Positions 34,883 through 38,206 of a stretch of DNA of 38,206 bases are shown in pieces. Where the stretch lies: assembly GCA_964408845.1 (NCBI GenBank), contig CAYPBC010000001.1, positions 1-38,206 of the forward strand, given 5' to 3'. The notes beneath the pieces were generated by a model, which was given only the letters and a program-made list of their open reading frames with translations, ran no database searches and was not told the origin of the DNA. Numbering within the stretch: position 1 is the first letter of the stretch; each line of letters starts with the position of its first letter. This stretch comes from an uncultured Thermoanaerobaculia bacterium. GTDB taxonomy: Bacteria > Acidobacteriota > Thermoanaerobaculia > Thermoanaerobaculales > Sulfomarinibacteraceae. Position numbers and translations under genes: made by a program.

Positions 34883-35773
34883 TCAGGCCCTCAAGGCGAA
34901 CTGGTAGGAGCGCCGCGAGAATACCCACCACCCGACGAGGAGCGTGCCGACGGACCAGACGAGGGCCTTGAGGACCGAATCCATCGGCGGCAGGGCGCCG
35001 CGATAGATCGGTTCCCGCCAGCACAGCATCATGTCATAGAGGGGATTGATCTTGACCAGCCAGATGAGTCGCTCGGGCACGATTTCCTCGGGGTACATCA
35101 CCGGCGTCAGGTAGAAGAGAGCGCGGACGATGACGCCCCACATCTCCACCACATCGGAGAAAACCACTGCAATGCTTGACAGGATGAGGCCGACGCCTAG
35201 GGAGAACATCGCCGCCATCGCCATTGCCGCGGGGACGAACAGCAGTGTCCAGTTCAAGGGCTGCTTGAAATAGAGAGTGATCAGCAGCAGCGGAACGAGG
35301 GTCAGCCCGAGGTTGACCAGGGCGGTGCCGACGGCCGAGATCGGGAAAACGGCGGCCGGAACGTAAACCTTTTTGAGCAGGGCGCTGCCCCACAACAGAG
35401 AGGTCATGCTCTGGGTTGTGCTCTCCTGAAAGAAGTTGAAGAAGACCAGGCCGGCGAGCACGTACACCGGGTAATTCGGCACCGAGAACCTGAAGATGGC
35501 GGAGAAGGCGACGGTGATCACGATCATGGTCAGCAGCGGGCTGAGCAGGGTCCACGCCACGCCGAGCACCGAGCGTTTGTACCGGGCCTTGATGTTGGTG
35601 GCGATCAGAAGTCGTAGAAGATCCTTGTAACGGATCAGCTCCACGACAGCTTCGCGCATCGGACTGCCGTCCGTCGCGGCGGAATCGTAGACGGGCGCGG
35701 TGCGCACGGCATCGGTCCCCATGTCCCCACCCGGGGGTGTGCTCGCCGTCTTAGGCATTATGCGGTTTCCCAT
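34883..35773 (-). CDS. ABC-2 type transporter permease (Wzm/TagG/KpsM-like)
   Basis: RYKRSVLGVAWTLLSPLLTM motif followed by about six hydrophobic segments. The stop lies 1 nt before the ATPase start. The start is uncertain (35773, 35758 or 35722); the two longer choices overlap the upstream gene. Confidence 0.85.
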   Translation of the reverse strand: MGNRIMPKTASTPPGGDMGTDAVRTAPVYDSAATDGSPMREAVVELIRYKDLLRLLIATNIKARYKRSVLGVAWTLLSPLLTMIVITVAFSAIFRFSVPNYPVYVLAGLVFFNFFQESTTQSMTSLLWGSALLKKVYVPAAVFPISAVGTALVNLGLTLVPLLLITLYFKQPLNWTLLFVPAAMAMAAMFSLGVGLILSSIAVVFSDVVEMWGVIVRALFYLTPVMYPEEIVPERLIWLVKINPLYDMMLCWREPIYRGALPPMDSVLKALVWSVGTLLVGWWVFSRRSYQFALRA

Positions 35774-38009
35774 TGTGCGAGGTTACACCAGAGCGATCCG
35801 ATGTCGCCCCGTCCTCTCCCTTCCACTTCGCGAGAAACCGCCGTCGATTGGCCTCGTAGATCCGCGCATACTCCTCCTCGGGAAGGGCGCCGAAGCTGGC
35901 CTCCTGAAAGTGGTGGACCCAGGCGCCGCGTAGGCAACGGATGTCGTACCCTGCTTGGCGGATGCGCCGGCTGAAGTCGTCGTCCTCGAAGAGCCCGACC
36001 TCGAAGCGCTCGTCGAGGCCACCCACCGCCCCCCAAACCTCTCGCCGGAGCGCTGCACAGTAGAGCGCCAGCATGGGGATGGGGAAGCTCTCCTGATCGT
36101 GGTCCCACACGTAGCGTTCGGCCCACTCGGGGAGCCCGGCCAGATCGCGGTACCCCGGCGTCACTCTCGCCTCGTTGGCGACGCCGTTCGAGGAGGGACC
36201 CACGAGGCCGAGCTTCGGATCTCTCATGAGGGCGCCGACCATGGCCGACAGCCACCCGCGGGTGACCACGGTGTCGTTGTTGAGCAGACAGAACACCTCG
36301 CCCTGTGCCCCGGCGAAGGCCTGGTTGCAGGCGGGGGCGAAGCCCCGGTTGGAGCGGTTGAGGATGACCCGCAGCTTCGGGCGCCGTGCGGCCTCGTCCT
36401 CGAGCCATGCGGGAGTTCCGTCAGTGGATGCGTTGTCGACGACGACGATCTCGTAGCTGGGGTGCACGGTACAGCGCTCGATGCTGTCGAGGCACAGCTC
36501 GGTCAGCTCGCGGTTGTTGAAGGTGACGATGCCGATGGTGACCGCCGGGAAGAGCTTTTCGAGCGCCCTTTCGAGCTCGGCGGCGCGAGTATCCCAGGTG
36601 TTGGCGCGGGCGAAGGCGAGGCGCCGGTCGTGCGCCTCACCGCCGGATGGGGCCTCGAGAACCTCCTCGATGGCTCCGAGAAAGCCCTCGACTCCCTCGG
36701 CGAGACGGACAAGATCGCCGTGCGCTTCCATTTCGGGCAGCGGCGGCGCGACGACCTCGAGTCCGAGGGCCATCATCTCGTAGAGCTTCACCGGGTCCAT
36801 GGCCTCGGTCAGGGGTGTTCTCCGGCGCGGGATGATGCCGACATCAAACGCGGCCGCCAACGCCGGAAGCTCCTCGTAGGGACGCTCACCCAGAAGGTGG
36901 ACGTTCGGCAGAATCGCGAGCCTGGAGGTGTCGGCTCCCCAGGTCGAGCCGATGAGCACGAAGGACCAGTCGGGGCGGCGGGTCGCCAGTCCGACCACCA
37001 GCTCGGTGTCGAACCACTCCGAGATGGCGCCGAAGTAGCCGATGATCGGTCTCGGGATGTGCTCGAGATCGGGCGACGGCGACGCGCCCTCCCAGTGACC
37101 GGGATCGCAGGCGTTGGGCAGTCTGAGAGCCTTCAGGTTCGGCAACCCGTCGATCTTCTCCAGGACGCCGGACGATGCCGTCACCAGATCGGCCTCCTCG
37201 AGAAGCAGTCGCTCCTCCTCCTCCGCCGAAGCGCCTGTAGTGGAAAACCCCTGGTGCAGGTCCATCCGGTCGTAGACCACCGGCCATCCGAATTCCTCCC
37301 TCAACCGGAGGGCGAGGGGGCGCCAGAGGGGGGAGTGGCACAGGACGACGCCTTGGTGAATTCGTTCACGGCGCCGGAGCACGGCGAACGCCCGGACCAT
37401 GAGGGCGACGTCGTCCACACGCAGGTCATCCTCTCCCACCGTGAGGGATTTCCGGCCGGGCAGGGTGATGGTCCGGACGGCCTCGGCCACCGGCTCGGGA
37501 TGTATGGCGATCTCCTCTGCACCCACTCCGAGATCCGGGTTGGCGTAGAGAACCGGCCAGCCGCCGGCGGCGAGGCGCGCGAGGAGGTGGTGCGGCCGCT
37601 GTACCCGCAGGAACCAATCGATGAGAGGCAGGCAGATGATCGTCGGTCGAGGCGGCGGCGCCTCGTTCGCGGGTGCGGCTGCGGACCGGAAGAAGGCTTC
37701 ACGGTCCGCCGAGGAGCGCGCGCCGGTACCGGCTCCGCGACCCATGGCTCGGAGCAGTCGCGCCCGGAGACGGTAGGGGAGGGCCCGTGAGGCGAAGGTG
37801 CGCAGAGAGTCGAACGGGTGGAGGAGACGGTGCCGCCAGAGGTCGATCTCGAGCCCGAGGCGCCGGCGCCGAGAGGTGTGACCCGCTGCCGGCCGATTCT
37901 GTGCAGGCTCCGAGCACCCATCGTCCGGCCGGTGCTGGAGTTCGGGATCGGAGTTCTCGCGATACTCCGCAGAGGAGTCATCGGGGTGGGCCCCGTGGTT
38001 GTCCGTCAT
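35751..38009 (-). CDS. Two-domain glycosyltransferase (GT1/GT4-like N-terminal module + GT2 C-terminal module) with ~120-aa low-complexity leader
   Basis: The N-module has RVQRPHHLLARLAAGGWPVLYAN ... IGYFGAISEWFD ... LIGS ... LGERPYEELP (TuaH-like GT1 pattern). The C-module has VTIGIVTFNNRELTELCLDSIERC...EIVVVDNASTDGT, LLNNDTVV and FEDDDFSRR. Confidence 0.8.
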   Translation of the reverse strand: MTDNHGAHPDDSSAEYRENSDPELQHRPDDGCSEPAQNRPAAGHTSRRRRLGLEIDLWRHRLLHPFDSLRTFASRALPYRLRARLLRAMGRGAGTGARSSADREAFFRSAAAPANEAPPPRPTIICLPLIDWFLRVQRPHHLLARLAAGGWPVLYANPDLGVGAEEIAIHPEPVAEAVRTITLPGRKSLTVGEDDLRVDDVALMVRAFAVLRRRERIHQGVVLCHSPLWRPLALRLREEFGWPVVYDRMDLHQGFSTTGASAEEEERLLLEEADLVTASSGVLEKIDGLPNLKALRLPNACDPGHWEGASPSPDLEHIPRPIIGYFGAISEWFDTELVVGLATRRPDWSFVLIGSTWGADTSRLAILPNVHLLGERPYEELPALAAAFDVGIIPRRRTPLTEAMDPVKLYEMMALGLEVVAPPLPEMEAHGDLVRLAEGVEGFLGAIEEVLEAPSGGEAHDRRLAFARANTWDTRAAELERALEKLFPAVTIGIVTFNNRELTELCLDSIERCTVHPSYEIVVVDNASTDGTPAWLEDEAARRPKLRVILNRSNRGFAPACNQAFAGAQGEVFCLLNNDTVVTRGWLSAMVGALMRDPKLGLVGPSSNGVANEARVTPGYRDLAGLPEWAERYVWDHDQESFPIPMLALYCAALRREVWGAVGGLDERFEVGLFEDDDFSRRIRQAGYDIRCLRGAWVHHFQEASFGALPEEEYARIYEANRRRFLAKWKGEDGATSDRSGVTSHNGKPHNA

Positions 38010-38060
38010 GGCGCGACGATTCTACAGCATGGAGCTCTTGGAGATTGTGCCGTGAAGCCA

Positions 38061-38095
38061 GAAAAAGGCGCCGGGCCCTGTGGGGGCCCGGCGCC
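38061..38095 (-). terminator. Rho-independent terminator of the upstream minus-strand gene
   Basis: A 12-bp GC stem, GGCGCCGGGCCC (38067-38078) paired with GGGCCCGGCGCC (38084-38095), with a 5-nt loop. On the minus strand it is followed by TTTTTCT (complement of 38060-38066). It lies 35 nt downstream of the stop at 38130. Confidence 0.7.
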
Positions 38096-38129
38096 GGTTC
38101 AAGCCGTCAGGTGACAGCGGGGTTGTTGG

Positions 38130-38206
38130 TTACTCCGGCACGTCACACATCGGCAGGCCGATGGAGACGACGACCATCTTGGCCATCTGCGCACGGGTCG
38201 TCGGGT
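38130..38206 (-). CDS. 3-prime end of an unidentified gene (partial, continues beyond window)
   Basis: Open frame reading ...PTTRAQMAKMVVVSIGLPMCDVPE-stop (TAA at 38130-38132), followed by the terminator hairpin. Too short for a functional call. Confidence 0.4.
   Translation of the reverse strand, partial: PTTRAQMAKMVVVSIGLPMCDVPE

Noticed and set aside
35955-37790. 611-aa plus-strand ORF
   Set aside because: It is antisense to the two-domain glycosyltransferase, which has clear GT2 and GT1-like motifs. There is no motif in the plus-strand translation.
38130-38206. Calling the terminal gene fragment an S-layer-homology-domain protein from TRAQMAKMVV
   Set aside because: Only 25 residues are visible, and the resemblance to the SLH consensus is too short to support a call.
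1-38206. Search for CRISPR arrays, tRNA/rRNA genes, transposases, integrases, toxin-antitoxin or phage genes, and short RiPP-precursor-like ORFs beside the radical SAM/SPASM genes
   Set aside because: I saw no regularly spaced direct repeats, cloverleaf-like sequences or recombinase motifs. Gaps next to the radical SAM genes are too short (0-231 nt) or lack a plausible SD-preceded small ORF. The radical SAM enzymes are therefore interpreted as glycan-tailoring rather than peptide-modifying. A dedicated small-ORF search could revise this.

Overview
GC-rich bacterial chromosomal segment. Lipobox and Tat-lipoprotein signals suggest a diderm. Almost the whole window is a large glycan (EPS, capsule or O-antigen-like) assembly and tailoring locus. 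By-eye motif reading gives six glycosyltransferase proteins: three GT4, one GT2, one GT1-like+GT2 fusion and one putative GT-C membrane enzyme. It also gives two PAPS-type sulfotransferases, a polysaccharide pyruvyl transferase, two class I methyltransferases and a CapK/PaaK-like adenylating enzyme. Both a Wzx-type flippase and a Wzm/Wzt-type ABC exporter are present. Five radical SAM enzymes are intact (three SPASM/twitch-like, one B12-binding, one ThiH/HydG-like) and one B12-radical-SAM paralog is disrupted. Three sulfatase-family (alkaline-phosphatase superfamily) paralogs carry Thr, not Cys/Ser, at the nucleophile position and share an extreme C-terminal ...LGYL(D) tail. A decayed fourth paralog and a PhoD-like lipoprotein are also present. 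A DAHP synthase-chorismate mutase fusion sits in the locus. A 187-bp palindromic MITE-like element with perfect 19-nt termini is inserted exactly at its stop codon, and a second diverged copy is cut by the left window edge. Two genes (8425-9345 and 15906-16757) have clearly lower GC and A/T-ending codons, which suggests foreign origin. I found no rRNA, tRNA, CRISPR array, transposase or phage gene. All functional calls rest on motifs read by eye and need HMM or BLAST confirmation.
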